Virus record (IMG/VR): IMGVR_UViG_3300032562_000016
DNA length: 64,000 bases
Direction: 5' to 3' (one strand)
Origin: a virus
The notes under the pieces were generated by a model. It searched no databases. It was not told where the DNA came from and saw nothing but the letters and a program-made list of their open reading frames with translations. A program made the translations under genes and the position numbers. Below are positions 19,061 to 28,741 of the stretch, piece after piece. Each line of letters begins with the position of its first letter. The stretch's first letter is position 1.

Positions 19061-19336
19061 ATGATCGCATACATTAATTCACACGCACAACGAGAAAACG
19101 GAATAAAGGATAGCTTCTTAACTATTTCCGCGCCAGTAAAAAATGAGCCCTTACCGTGGCAACTTTTAGGGCTTCAATTTACCGGCTCGGGTTATGGCTC
19201 GCGCATCCCTACCCAGTACAAGGTGAAATACTTTGGAAAGTGGAGAAGAGTTTATTGCCGCATTTATTCCAATATTGGGACTTTATACATTGGCAAATTA
19301 TCGGATAACTTAATTATCAATATTAATGAGGGATAA
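19061..19336 (+). CDS. early protein
   Basis: 91 aa. Confidence 0.45.
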   Translation: MIAYINSHAQRENGIKDSFLTISAPVKNEPLPWQLLGLQFTGSGYGSRIPTQYKVKYFGKWRRVYCRIYSNIGTLYIGKLSDNLIININEG

Positions 19337-19339
19337 ATT

Positions 19340-19594
19340 ATGCACTGTTTAATTTTTGACCGCTCGGGCGATTTGCTTGCTAACTTTTTGCTAGATGATA
19401 ACGATCCATTAGATTGTGACTATTACGCGGAAAGGTACGGGAACTCGCACGGCGTAGAACTTGAGGGAGAGACACCCGGCGCAATGATACCGGACGGAAC
19501 AGAAGATTTGAGCGTAGTTATCTTAGAAAACCCTGGTAACCGGGTTGTAGTATGGAATTCTCACAATTACATGATTAAACAAGAGGAGTATTAA
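19340..19594 (+). CDS. early protein
   Basis: 84 aa, acidic. Confidence 0.45.
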   Translation: MHCLIFDRSGDLLANFLLDDNDPLDCDYYAERYGNSHGVELEGETPGAMIPDGTEDLSVVILENPGNRVVVWNSHNYMIKQEEY

Positions 19595-19596
19595 AA

Positions 19597-19899
19597 ATGA
19601 AGACTTATAAATTTTACGAGGATAGCGGGCACGGTTGGCTAAAGGTTACATTTAATGAACTGCTAGCCCTAGGTATCGCCGATCAAATTAGCCACTACTC
19701 ATACATTAAACCCAGTAAGGACGGCCAAACGCTTAATTGTTACTTAGAGGAAGATTGTGATTATTCAGTATTTGAGCGAGCAATGCAATCCCGAGGCATG
19801 CAATGGAAGGTTAAATCCTACCGCTCCGAGCGCTCCGCAATTCGTAATTATGACAGTTATTCTCGCGTAATCAAAACCATATCAACTCAAGGAGCATAA
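19597..19899 (+). CDS. early protein
   Basis: 100 aa. Confidence 0.45.
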   Translation: MKTYKFYEDSGHGWLKVTFNELLALGIADQISHYSYIKPSKDGQTLNCYLEEDCDYSVFERAMQSRGMQWKVKSYRSERSAIRNYDSYSRVIKTISTQGA

Positions 19900-19902
19900 A
19901 CC

Positions 19903-20349
19903 ATGAAAAACCAAATTATTAACGCGCTTTACACCTTCGCCAACAAACGACCAGGGCTAGAACCCCGCGACTATATTAGAAGTTGGGACGATAGCGAAGG
20001 CCGGGCAACATACCGCGCAGAATCCAGGAATATAACCAAAGACCTAAACCATGCCCGCGCACTACTTCGCCGGCTCGAACTCTCAGGAATCACCGCCGAG
20101 GAAATAATCGAGGCATCAAAAGAGGCATTCTCCGGGCGTTTAAGTATTTCAGTAACAAATGACGGGATTGTTAAAGTGTCCTATTGTGTTGGGCAATACT
20201 TCCCTACTGAGTACAGAAAGGCAGTTGCTAGCGTATGCGCTCGCGCATTATGGAGCTACTGGCGCGAAGATTCAAAAACCGCCGATAGTATTAGACAACT
20301 CGCCCGCCGTGAATTTCCCCGTGCTATCGCTCGCGCTTACTTTAATTAA
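19903..20349 (+). CDS. early protein
   Basis: 148 aa, largest gene of the early block. Confidence 0.45.
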   Translation: MKNQIINALYTFANKRPGLEPRDYIRSWDDSEGRATYRAESRNITKDLNHARALLRRLELSGITAEEIIEASKEAFSGRLSISVTNDGIVKVSYCVGQYFPTEYRKAVASVCARALWSYWREDSKTADSIRQLARREFPRAIARAYFN

Positions 20350-20358
20350 GGTCTAAAA

Positions 20359-20550
20359 ATGAACAATCCAATTATTGCTTATCATAAAAAATCAGAGCTT
20401 CGCGGTTGGTCTGAGGTATGCCGTGATTCTATATATTGGGAAGGTTGGCACGAATTCGACCGATCAATGATAGAAGAGCTTCTTAAATCAGGGGAAGAGG
20501 TAATAACCTGCGGTTGGAATATGTACCAAGTAATTAAGGAGGCCAAATAA
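20359..20550 (+). CDS. early protein
   Basis: 63 aa. Confidence 0.4.
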   Translation: MNNPIIAYHKKSELRGWSEVCRDSIYWEGWHEFDRSMIEELLKSGEEVITCGWNMYQVIKEAK

Positions 20551-21329
20551 TGTACAAAATAATTGAAAAGAATAACCCGCTCGCCGTGCACTGTATTTGT
20601 GACACCCTAGAACGCGCCGAGTACTGGATTAAACAAACCGCCCCGGAATATTGCTTAAAGGGTTATTTTATGGATAAGACCTTGACCCCGGAAAGCTTCA
20701 CAATTAAAAAGGGTTAAACAATGTACACCGTAACCTATAAAGACACAAACGGCGGACTGTTCGGCGATTCTATGGAAACGCGGACATTCTCTAACTACCA
20801 AAGTGCCCGAGTATTCGCCCGGGTAAAAAAGGGAACTATTACAAGGGTTAAACCATGAAAGAGATTATCGAAAACCTTTTAAGAATTCAAGAACTATTAA
20901 ACGATCCGGAAGCGGATGATTACTTCACCCATAACGAAATCGACAGACTACTAACCCAAACGCTAGAAAAACTAAAGGCTAACCAATGAGAAAAATTAAG
21001 ATTGAATTAACTATTGAAATAAAAGAACATGATTCCTACGGATGCCAAAGCAATGCAGACTGGGTTTATAACACTATTGAGGAGCAATTAGACCCCGGAG
21101 AATCAATAATTGATTACAAAATAACAGACGAAAAATCAGATATTACAGAAGAGGCTAATTAATGAAAACACTATTTCACGATCAACTACACGCGCACCGC
21201 ACCGCTCGCCGGGCTCAGAAAAACGAACCCGATCATAGATTTATTGTCGATCAAGTTATTTGGGGAACTAATCCGGCCTGGATTATCTACCGATTAGACT
21301 CCGCCGGGCGAATAATTGGCCGTCTCTAA
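20550..21329 (+). other. Run of five sub-60-aa, translationally coupled early ORFs: 20550-20717, 20721-20858, 20855-20989, 20986-21161 and 21162-21329.
   Basis: Manual translation. Each has an ATG preceded by an SD. Stops and starts overlap as TAATG, ATGA or TGATG, and there is no gap between consecutive ORFs. Confidence 0.4.
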
Positions 21330-21370
21330 AATTCACGCCTGAGTCAGGCTTACTAAAAAAGGAATTAACA

Positions 21371-21565
21371 ATGAAAAAATTTATAGTGTATATGGTTCGA
21401 GTTGAGCACATTATTTACCCCATAAATGTAGAGGCAGAAGATCAGGAGGAAGCGGAAGAACTGGCGCGCAAAAAATGGGATGACGGGGATTTTAATTCAA
21501 AAGGAGAGGTTGTATACGGAGAAGAATTTATAAACCAAGTAGACGAAATAATGGATGAAAAATGA
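21371..21565 (+). CDS. early protein
   Basis: 64 aa, acidic. Confidence 0.4.
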   Translation: MKKFIVYMVRVEHIIYPINVEAEDQEEAEELARKKWDDGDFNSKGEVVYGEEFINQVDEIMDEK

Positions 21566-21882
21566 AATACACAATAATTACAGGTAACCCAGTGGACGGA
21601 TTTAGGTCGATAGGTATATTTGATAGTAGCGAAGATGCAGTCGCGCACGGAGATATGCAGAGATTATTCCACGACTATTCAATTATGGAGATTGATGAAA
21701 TAGAAAAACACACGACTGTTACGCGCAATGAAATGATTCAGGCTTTGATTGATCGAACGCTAGAAAAATGGAATAGTAACGACCAAAAAACCGCGTTTTT
21801 ATCTAGTTTTCTCAGAAATGGGTATGCAGGATTAGAAAAATTAAGTGATGATGAATTGATCGAAAGGTATAACCAATTATGA
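21562..21882 (+). CDS. early protein
   Basis: 106 aa. Confidence 0.45.
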   Translation: MKYTIITGNPVDGFRSIGIFDSSEDAVAHGDMQRLFHDYSIMEIDEIEKHTTVTRNEMIQALIDRTLEKWNSNDQKTAFLSSFLRNGYAGLEKLSDDELIERYNQL

Positions 21883-22157
21883 ACGACTTACAACGCGCAA
21901 TACTTAAAAAAGTATTAGAAAAAGGATACACCCTAAACCCGATGGAATATTGCCCGGACGGACACTATACCGATTATGATGAGTGGGACTCGGTTAACCT
22001 GGGCGATGGATTTGAATTTGATATTAACTTTTATAGTGATGGACAATATTTTTATATTACCGCCTACGATTTAATTCAAACCGACTCAGGAATGATGACC
22101 AGAAACAATCAGAGTTTTTTCCATTTAATCAAAATGCCAATAGTGGAGGTAGTATGA
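21879..22157 (+). CDS. early protein
   Basis: 92 aa. Confidence 0.45.
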   Translation: MNDLQRAILKKVLEKGYTLNPMEYCPDGHYTDYDEWDSVNLGDGFEFDINFYSDGQYFYITAYDLIQTDSGMMTRNNQSFFHLIKMPIVEVV

Positions 22158-22303
22158 CAGTAGCAGAACTAATTCAAGAGCTTTTAAAAGTGGACGATAT
22201 AACCAAACAGGTATATACATTCAATGACCACGAACTACGCCCGGTAACAATGGTAGACGAACTATCAGACCGGGTAGATATAAACCTGGGAGACATATTA
22301 TGA
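22154..22303 (+). CDS. early small protein (49 aa, below cutoff)
   Basis: ATGA overlaps at both ends. Confidence 0.35.
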   Translation: MTVAELIQELLKVDDITKQVYTFNDHELRPVTMVDELSDRVDINLGDIL

Positions 22304-22506
22304 GGCTAACTAAAAGAGATATCATTGAAAATTCAATTATCTACGAATGGGAGTGGCTACAAGAACGCGCCCAGGATGACCCAAAGGTCTACGAGGATGC
22401 AATTAAGACTATGCTCCGTTACGGGTTTATTGGTTACGAAAAAATGGATAACGATTCCCTGATAAATAAAGCGATTGACACCGGACAACTAATGGAAGAT
22501 TTATAA
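22300..22506 (+). CDS. early protein
   Basis: 68 aa. Confidence 0.4.
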   Translation: MRLTKRDIIENSIIYEWEWLQERAQDDPKVYEDAIKTMLRYGFIGYEKMDNDSLINKAIDTGQLMEDL

Positions 22507-22527
22507 ATAAATCATACAATTATTCGC

Positions 22528-22725
22528 ATGATTAAAGCCCTTTTTACGATTGATCTAATTGAGGACGAGGACGGAAATGTTCTCGTTCGTTCTAACTATA
22601 CCGGCGAAGGCGAGGCAGTAGAGGAAATAGGACATGATATCCTACGTCAGCTACTCCTTGCCGAGTCTATTAGCAACGGAAATATAACCGTTCAATCCCT
22701 GCATTATTTAGCGCATATTCAATAA
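22528..22725 (+). CDS. early protein
   Basis: 65 aa; its 3' end overlaps the convergent primase-like gene. Confidence 0.4.
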   Translation: MIKALFTIDLIEDEDGNVLVRSNYTGEGEAVEEIGHDILRQLLLAESISNGNITVQSLHYLAHIQ

Positions 22726-23541
22726 CTGATTCAGGCTTAAACCGAATTTAAGAACCCCTACCCGCCTAGAATAATCGTTCGCATCTTCGCCTACTGTATC
22801 GCTCATCCAGTATTTAGAGCCGATTTCCTTGGCTATTTTCTCCCCCGTTCCGCTCGCGTCATTGTCAGCAATCACCACGATTGGGTCAGGCTTTAATGAT
22901 TCAGCTATCTTTTTCATGTTACTGGCACTGAAACACACATGTATTCTGTACTGGCGCTTCATACTTTTTAAAGCTTTACGGATACTAAGCCCAGTAGCAT
23001 ATCCCTCACAAAGTATATGAACCCCCCCATTATCAAATATGAACTCTGCGTTACTGGTTCTTTGACCGAATAGGAACTTTTTCCCGCCGTCCTCATCAAT
23101 TAATTGACATCCGACAATCGTATCGTTAACCCTCATTGGTATAACTAAAAGCCGGCTTGAGTCACGGTTATAGATTAAACCCTCCTCCTCATCAAATCCT
23201 TTTGCCTTTAAATAAGAATGAGTCCCGATTTGGGATTGGGATATGATTGATTCCGCTTTTTCCTTAGCCTCCTGATTCAGTCTTCTGCGCTCCTGATCTG
23301 CTTTGTCGATTAATTGCCTGGCCTTTTTAGCATCTATTTGAATATTTCCTGATTCAGGGTTCCAAATAGACACTTCTGCATCTATCGCATGGTTCTGGAT
23401 AAATGCCATATTACCCATGAACTTTACCGCTCCATTCTTTTTATTTGGGTGATCTGTAGTTGGATATCTCTTCCATATACCCAGGGGAGGCATATGATTT
23501 ACGATAATCCCGTGCACCCTACAAAAATCAATCAAATCCAT
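22708..23541 (-). CDS. Toprim-domain protein (putative DNA primase)
   Basis: ILCEGYATGLSI...PIVVIADNDASGTGEKIA matches Toprim acidic motifs (E...DxD), like DnaG/T7 gp4 primase cores. Confidence 0.5.
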   Translation of the reverse strand: MDLIDFCRVHGIIVNHMPPLGIWKRYPTTDHPNKKNGAVKFMGNMAFIQNHAIDAEVSIWNPESGNIQIDAKKARQLIDKADQERRRLNQEAKEKAESIISQSQIGTHSYLKAKGFDEEEGLIYNRDSSRLLVIPMRVNDTIVGCQLIDEDGGKKFLFGQRTSNAEFIFDNGGVHILCEGYATGLSIRKALKSMKRQYRIHVCFSASNMKKIAESLKPDPIVVIADNDASGTGEKIAKEIGSKYWMSDTVGEDANDYSRRVGVLKFGLSLNQLLNMR

Positions 23542-23809
23542 TTACTTCCTTTAGTTTTCTCTGCAATGCCAGGCCAAATGTTTCAGGCTTAGACGTACCG
23601 TAATCCGCCCATACGTCTAGTATTTCCTTCTCGTTTAGATCTATCCATTCCCGCGGGTTAAGTTGTTCCATCATGTCATAGATAGAGCTTAGACAAGTAG
23701 GGCAAAATGACATTGGCAACATTCCAAAGTAACCCTGGATTCCGCCTTCGTCATCGGTATAGTCGCACGAACAAGCCGTACATTCGTGCTTTTCTGATTC
23801 ATGGTTCAT
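23528..23809 (-). CDS. Cys-rich zinc-binding small protein
   Basis: 93 aa; CTACSC...CPTC. Confidence 0.4.
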   Translation of the reverse strand: MNHESEKHECTACSCDYTDDEGGIQGYFGMLPMSFCPTCLSSIYDMMEQLNPREWIDLNEKEILDVWADYGTSKPETFGLALQRKLKEVNGFD

Positions 23810-23959
23810 GTATTCTTTTCCTTAAAAAATTCGTTAAAAACTTTTGCACATATTTCATCCCATTTGTCTTGTGAATATTTTTTATTCGTAGTATTTTCAT
23901 CTTCAGTTATAGGTACCCAATTGTCATTCTCATACTTGTACCACCAAGGTTTACCGTCT

Positions 23960-24370
23960 TTATTTCCCAGAAACCACATGATTTTTCTCCTTTAATTTAG
24001 CTTCTATACGTCTTGCATCAAGTAATAATTGGTCATGGTTATAGTCAGGATCGCCTCTGTATGTGCCGAAGATGCCAAAGATATCCTCGTCTGTCAGACT
24101 TACCCATGTGCATTTTTTAAGGCGTTCAATCTCTGCCCTCAATTCTTCATTGATTTTGTGTTCTTCAATGCCTTTTCGGATTAACTCGCTAGTCACTTGC
24201 GTTTCACGATGTTCCCAATCGCTGTACAACATATTGGTTCGCGCAAGAAACTCAATCTTTTCATTCAGGCGTTTGATTTCCGCATCTTTGTCATAGTAAG
24301 CAAGAGTGCAGTTGTCGTAGTTCTCACAACAAGTATCAACCATCCCATTTGGGCAAACAGTTCTGTTCAT
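23960..24370 (-). CDS. member 1 of the tandem paralog family (W[VI][GS]LTDEDI ... EAKLKEKN)
   Basis: 136 aa; shares CTWVSLTDEDIFG and the C-terminal IEAKLKEKN with its three upstream neighbours. Confidence 0.5.
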   Translation of the reverse strand: MNRTVCPNGMVDTCCENYDNCTLAYYDKDAEIKRLNEKIEFLARTNMLYSDWEHRETQVTSELIRKGIEEHKINEELRAEIERLKKCTWVSLTDEDIFGIFGTYRGDPDYNHDQLLLDARRIEAKLKEKNHVVSGK

Positions 24371-24816
24371 GTATTGCGTTCCTTTAATTTAGCTTCTATT
24401 GCTTTAACCAAATCTCTTAAAGTACCGCCTTCTTCCCAATCAATATCATCTTCATCAGTTAACCCTACCCATTCTTTAGTTTGTGGTTTGGTGTAGAGAG
24501 GAATGTGGTCATGTTGAAAACAACCATCAACTTGTTTGCTTGTGTAAACAGTGTGTTCATCTTCACTCATCCATGCAACAGGCTCACCCTGCTCTTGCTT
24601 TGGAAACGCTCTTGCACCACCTCCACAAATTGGACAATCAATTTCTTGCCATCCAAGTCTTGCTAACTGCTCACCCTGATCTTGCTTGGCATTCATACGT
24701 TCTAATAATTCAGCCGCTTCAACAGATACTGGGTCGCTATTTTCATATAGAGCTTCAATCATTTTTTGAATGTAGCTAACTGAATCATCTTGCTCTTGTG
24801 TTACTTCTTTAGTCAT
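24367..24816 (-). CDS. member 2 of the tandem paralog family
   Basis: 149 aa; TKEWVGLTDEDDIDW, C-terminal IEAKLKERNT, N-terminal MTKE. Confidence 0.5.
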   Translation of the reverse strand: MTKEVTQEQDDSVSYIQKMIEALYENSDPVSVEAAELLERMNAKQDQGEQLARLGWQEIDCPICGGGARAFPKQEQGEPVAWMSEDEHTVYTSKQVDGCFQHDHIPLYTKPQTKEWVGLTDEDDIDWEEGGTLRDLVKAIEAKLKERNT

Positions 24817-25072
24817 GTGTTACTCCAAAATGTTTTTTAATTTCATTTGAATAATCAGCAATAGCCGCTAATAAAAATGTATGTTCTTGCTCAAAATGCT
24901 TATTGATATAATGATTTGCTAAATTATTACCGCACTCAATACATTCTTTCACAATCAACTCGGCAAACTTATGGAGCAGTTTAGATTTGTTGGTGTGAAT
25001 TCCAGCCTTAATAGCAAGTGCTTTAATTCGTTTGTTTATTACTTCTTTAGTCATGTGTTGCGCTCCTTGCAT
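24809..25072 (-). CDS. small protein (likely starts at the internal MTKEVINK)
   Basis: 87 aa track ORF. The internal start at 25056 has the same ATGACTAAAGAAG start as its neighbours. Confidence 0.4.
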   Translation of the reverse strand: MQGAQHMTKEVINKRIKALAIKAGIHTNKSKLLHKFAELIVKECIECGNNLANHYINKHFEQEHTFLLAAIADYSNEIKKHFGVTHD

Positions 25073-25338
25073 AGTTGTACTATCGCTCTGCCTACTTCAA
25101 ATATATTTACACTTCCTTTGATTCCACCTTTGGGGTCAACAACCTTAAGATGACAACTTTCGTCAAAACAATTTTCTATATCTTCATCAGTTAACCCTAC
25201 CCATTCTTTAGTTGGTATATTCTCTATAAACCAATCATTCATCATTTTCCCAACTTGATTCCAGTTTTCTGCTTGTCGGTCAATTAAGTGCCAAGCAATA
25301 GATCCATCCATACCCTTCCAATTTTGTTTAGTATCCAT
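25051..25338 (-). CDS. member 3 of the tandem paralog family
   Basis: 95 aa; PTKEWVGLTDEDIENCF, C-terminal CKERNT. Confidence 0.5.
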   Translation of the reverse strand: MDTKQNWKGMDGSIAWHLIDRQAENWNQVGKMMNDWFIENIPTKEWVGLTDEDIENCFDESCHLKVVDPKGGIKGSVNIFEVGRAIVQLCKERNT

Positions 25339-25699
25339 TTTTTTCCTTTAATTTAGCTTCTATTATTCGGGAAATGACATATAACTCATCAGCACTGCAA
25401 TCTAATTCCACGGGCGATTCCATACAAGCCTCCCAAATTTCCTCACCCGTCAACCCTACCCATTCTTTAGGATGAGTATAGAGAGTAACTCCGGCAGATC
25501 CGTCTGTAACTTCTCGCCATATGCCATCGGTAAACTTTGCAAACTTACCCATAGGCTCACCTTGCTCTTGCTTTAATGCTTCTTCTAAGGCTTTAATTGC
25601 ACTTTGAGCTTTATCTGCCCAGTCACCATCAACTATTTCATCGTGCCAATTACATCCTCCAAAAACTTCAAGTGCTTGTTTTATTGCTTCTTTAGTCAT
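25328..25699 (-). CDS. member 4 of the tandem paralog family
   Basis: 123 aa; HPKEWVGLTGEEIWEAC, C-terminal IIEAKLKEKNGY, N-terminal MTKE. Confidence 0.5.
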   Translation of the reverse strand: MTKEAIKQALEVFGGCNWHDEIVDGDWADKAQSAIKALEEALKQEQGEPMGKFAKFTDGIWREVTDGSAGVTLYTHPKEWVGLTGEEIWEACMESPVELDCSADELYVISRIIEAKLKEKNGY

Positions 25700-27183
25700 C
25701 TTGCCCTCTTCATCTTTTTAATATATGCCTTGATTCGCGAGTCTACAAACTTCTCTACTTCTAAACTAGGTTGCTTTGGGGTATCTGATAGGTTCTTAGG
25801 CCATACTCCAAATTTATCCTTATAAGTATGAGCTGCTCTGCCCTGCGACCACCCAGAATGCTCCGTATACCACATCAGTTGTGACCACCATTCCTGCTTA
25901 TTCTCGCGGGACATAGTAGCCAACTCAGACATTTCACCCGGAACAGATTCAACCTTATTCCTTCTCTCCCTTACATGCCCGCAATGACTGCATACATCCA
26001 TATATCCAGGCATATACATAGAACATTTAGGACACTTAGCTTCTTTCTTTTCCTTCTCAGTAGGTTCTTTCTTAGGCTTTTCCTTACTGTCGTTTAACTC
26101 ACTTACGCCGTTCTCATATACGTCTTCCCATTCTTCTCTGAACCTGAGATAGTTACCGCTATGATCTAGCCATACCGCAAACTTCTTTGATTCCGGGTCA
26201 TCCTGATTCGACCTCATCACGCGCCCCATCTGCTGAATGTGACTTGATAATGATTTTGAAAAAGGACGGGCTGATACGCCGATCATTACATCTGGAACAT
26301 CAAATCCTTTTGTTAAGATATCCGTAGCTATTAAGCCGTGAATCTCTGTATCCGGCTTACTGAACTCCGCTATAACTTCCTTCTTGAATTCGTCATCATC
26401 CTTATAGCTGATTGAGATAAAGTTATATCCTTGCTCCGCAAACTTCTGGCTTAAATCTATTCCGTGCGCTACCCCAGAACAGAAAACAATCGTCTTTCTT
26501 GGTGCTCCAAATATCTCATGCGTTTTCTTAATCCACTCGGTAACTATATCTCCGGTGATCTGCATTCCTCTTGTTGTTGTTTCTTTCTGCGACCACTCCC
26601 CCGCTACCTTTTTAGCCCCCTCCATATCTATCTCTTTGGCTACAAATACTCTAAGCGGTACTAATACGCCTTGATCCACGAGATCTTTTGTTGTTATTGT
26701 GGATACTACATTCTGGTATATCTTGCCGAGCCCTTTGGTAAATGGTGTAGCCGTTAAGCCAATTACTTTTACATCTGGATTGTTCTTAATAAACTCAACC
26801 GTCTGCTTTCTCTGTTGATGTACCTCGTCAACAATCAACAAAGATAAGCCTGGAAATGACCCACGCTTTTCTAAGGTCTGCGCCGAACATACCTGGATAT
26901 TCTCATAAGGTCTAAAGCGCCAGTGGCCTGACTGCAATACCCCATGCTCTATCTTGTACTTATCTAGGCGTTGACTGGTTTGATCGCAAAGAACAATCCT
27001 ATCCAATATCATTGCTGATTTGTTTCCCTTCGATCTAGTGGCTTCTAAGAGGGCAATAGCCATCTCAGTTTTCCCACCTCCAGTGCCAAGATATAGGATT
27101 TGACTTCGGTATCCTTTAGCAAAACCCTCTCTTAGCTTCTGAAGTCCAAGCTCTTGATAAGGCCTAAGCTTTAAACTAGACAT
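25696..27183 (-). CDS. SF2 DEAD/DEAH-box helicase with C-terminal zinc ribbon
   Basis: Walker A GTGGGKT, DEVH box, LTATP (motif III), QQMGRVMR (motif VI), and a C-terminal CPKC...CSHCGH zinc ribbon. Confidence 0.85.
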   Translation of the reverse strand: MSSLKLRPYQELGLQKLREGFAKGYRSQILYLGTGGGKTEMAIALLEATRSKGNKSAMILDRIVLCDQTSQRLDKYKIEHGVLQSGHWRFRPYENIQVCSAQTLEKRGSFPGLSLLIVDEVHQQRKQTVEFIKNNPDVKVIGLTATPFTKGLGKIYQNVVSTITTKDLVDQGVLVPLRVFVAKEIDMEGAKKVAGEWSQKETTTRGMQITGDIVTEWIKKTHEIFGAPRKTIVFCSGVAHGIDLSQKFAEQGYNFISISYKDDDEFKKEVIAEFSKPDTEIHGLIATDILTKGFDVPDVMIGVSARPFSKSLSSHIQQMGRVMRSNQDDPESKKFAVWLDHSGNYLRFREEWEDVYENGVSELNDSKEKPKKEPTEKEKKEAKCPKCSMYMPGYMDVCSHCGHVRERRNKVESVPGEMSELATMSRENKQEWWSQLMWYTEHSGWSQGRAAHTYKDKFGVWPKNLSDTPKQPSLEVEKFVDSRIKAYIKKMKRAR

Positions 27184-27185
27184 GC

Positions 27186-27971
27186 TTAAGCCTTTTTAAG
27201 CTGACGTTGATACCTCGCTATCGTCTTCTTAAGCTGAGCATTCTCCGACTGGAATGTATCCCTGCTCTTTGTTACGGCCTTGAGCTCGATCTTTAATTGC
27301 TTAATCTCATCTCTTAACTCTTGGATTGTTTCTTCTGCAAGCTTTGGATCTGGTGCGGATACGGTTGCCAGTTGATCGGATAGCTTCTCGTTTTGCTCCA
27401 TTAAATAATCTATTGTTTCTTGATCTTTGTTATGGACTGGGGCTACTTCTACCTTTGGCTCTACTTTGGTTTCTTTGGTAGACCTGGTGCGCTCGTACTC
27501 TTGCCCATCTTTGGTCTTAACCGTTATGCTCTTAGGTGCTGTTCCGGCTTTGTTCCTGATCTTGCTGACATACGGCTGAGATACGCCACAATGCCTAGCT
27601 ATCTCTGTATCTGTCCAGTCTGACCACTCAAAATCTTCCACCATCTTCTGGGCGTTCTTGCACCGCTCGGCGCGAGTAGGGGGCTTACCGTGAGCATTAT
27701 TGGCATTCATGCCCTTTAGCTCTGCATCCCTCTGAGTTCCAGTTAAGACCTCTGCGTTTATGTATTCCTCTCCGTTCCTAAGTGAAGCATGGATACGGTG
27801 AAATCCATCTGCTGGCCATACATCTGTTCCATCGTGGAAAACAATAATAGGAGGAAATATAGTACCGTCTGCCATTGCTTCGGCATATTGGGTAACTGTC
27901 TCCTGGTCAAGTGCTCGGGATTGTGTGTTGCCATCCATGCGGATAGCTGAAATTAGTACGTCTTTAATCAT
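27186..27971 (-). CDS. ParB-like nuclease domain protein with C-terminal coiled coil
   Basis: N-terminus IFPPIIVFHDGTDVWPADGFHRIHAS matches the ParB/Srx fold signature; HTH-like middle; coiled-coil tail. Confidence 0.65.
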   Translation of the reverse strand: MIKDVLISAIRMDGNTQSRALDQETVTQYAEAMADGTIFPPIIVFHDGTDVWPADGFHRIHASLRNGEEYINAEVLTGTQRDAELKGMNANNAHGKPPTRAERCKNAQKMVEDFEWSDWTDTEIARHCGVSQPYVSKIRNKAGTAPKSITVKTKDGQEYERTRSTKETKVEPKVEVAPVHNKDQETIDYLMEQNEKLSDQLATVSAPDPKLAEETIQELRDEIKQLKIELKAVTKSRDTFQSENAQLKKTIARYQRQLKKA

Positions 27972-27973
27972 TA

Positions 27974-28156
27974 TTATTCCTTAGAAAAGTTCCAACCTAG
28001 GTAAAAGTACATCCATTTAACTTGGATATTCTTAGATGTATACCGTGCCCCGTCCCAAACAAAATCCAATCCGCGCATTTGAATATATTCCTCAAACTTC
28101 TTACGCGCCGGCTCCATATTAGTCGTTACTTTCTTTACATTCTTTTCCATGCTCAT
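27974..28156 (-). CDS. hypothetical small protein
   Basis: 60 aa. Confidence 0.35.
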   Translation of the reverse strand: MSMEKNVKKVTTNMEPARKKFEEYIQMRGLDFVWDGARYTSKNIQVKWMYFYLGWNFSKE

Positions 28157-28343
28157 CGCCTTCTTGTTGATTTAAAAATATCTTTCCGCATACCGTACAT
28201 CTGTAGGCGGGTTTAATTGTGTGAACTATCTCGCCCCTCACGTTCGTGCTTCTCCCCAGATATGTCCTTATCTTCTCTATCATCCTTCTCCTCCTTGTTT
28301 TTATCCTTAAAGATTCTGTCCCAATTACTTGAATACTGTTCAT
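28119..28343 (-). CDS. C2H2-like zinc-finger small protein
   Basis: 74 aa; CTVCGKIF...HGKEC. Confidence 0.4.
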   Translation of the reverse strand: MNSIQVIGTESLRIKTRRRRMIEKIRTYLGRSTNVRGEIVHTIKPAYRCTVCGKIFLNQQEGDEHGKECKESND

Positions 28344-28381
28344 GATTTGTTGGCCTTTGCTTTGAACCCTTTCCCGCCTCT

Positions 28382-28741
28382 CTACTCATCTTGATCTCCC
28401 TCTATCATTTCATCAAATATCTTCTGGTCAATATAATCATCCAAATCTTCCTTGCAAGTAAATCCTTCTGTCATATCTAAGAACTTACCTTCCTCCCATT
28501 TATTGCATAACCAGTTGTAATGCTTGGAATCCCTGATTACAAAAGCATCATTACGAACTCTTAACTCTTCCATTGCTTCTGAATGCAACATGGATAGTTT
28601 GTTGTAAGACTGCTCAAAATGATCTATAACAATTTCCCTTTGGCGCAATAAAAGCTTTTCCAGATCTGCATGAGTCATATTTAATGGATCATTTATCTTT
28701 GCCAAATACTTTCTAAACTCTTCAAATTTTTCGCTATTCAT
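28382..28741 (-). CDS. hypothetical protein
   Basis: 119 aa, acidic. Confidence 0.45.
   Translation of the reverse strand: MNSEKFEEFRKYLAKINDPLNMTHADLEKLLLRQREIVIDHFEQSYNKLSMLHSEAMEELRVRNDAFVIRDSKHYNWLCNKWEEGKFLDMTEGFTCKEDLDDYIDQKIFDEMIEGDQDE

Noticed and set aside
22708-22725. Terminator between the convergent plus-strand early block and the primase-like gene
   Set aside because: The two genes overlap by 18 nt, leaving no room for a hairpin terminator. No candidate structure was seen.
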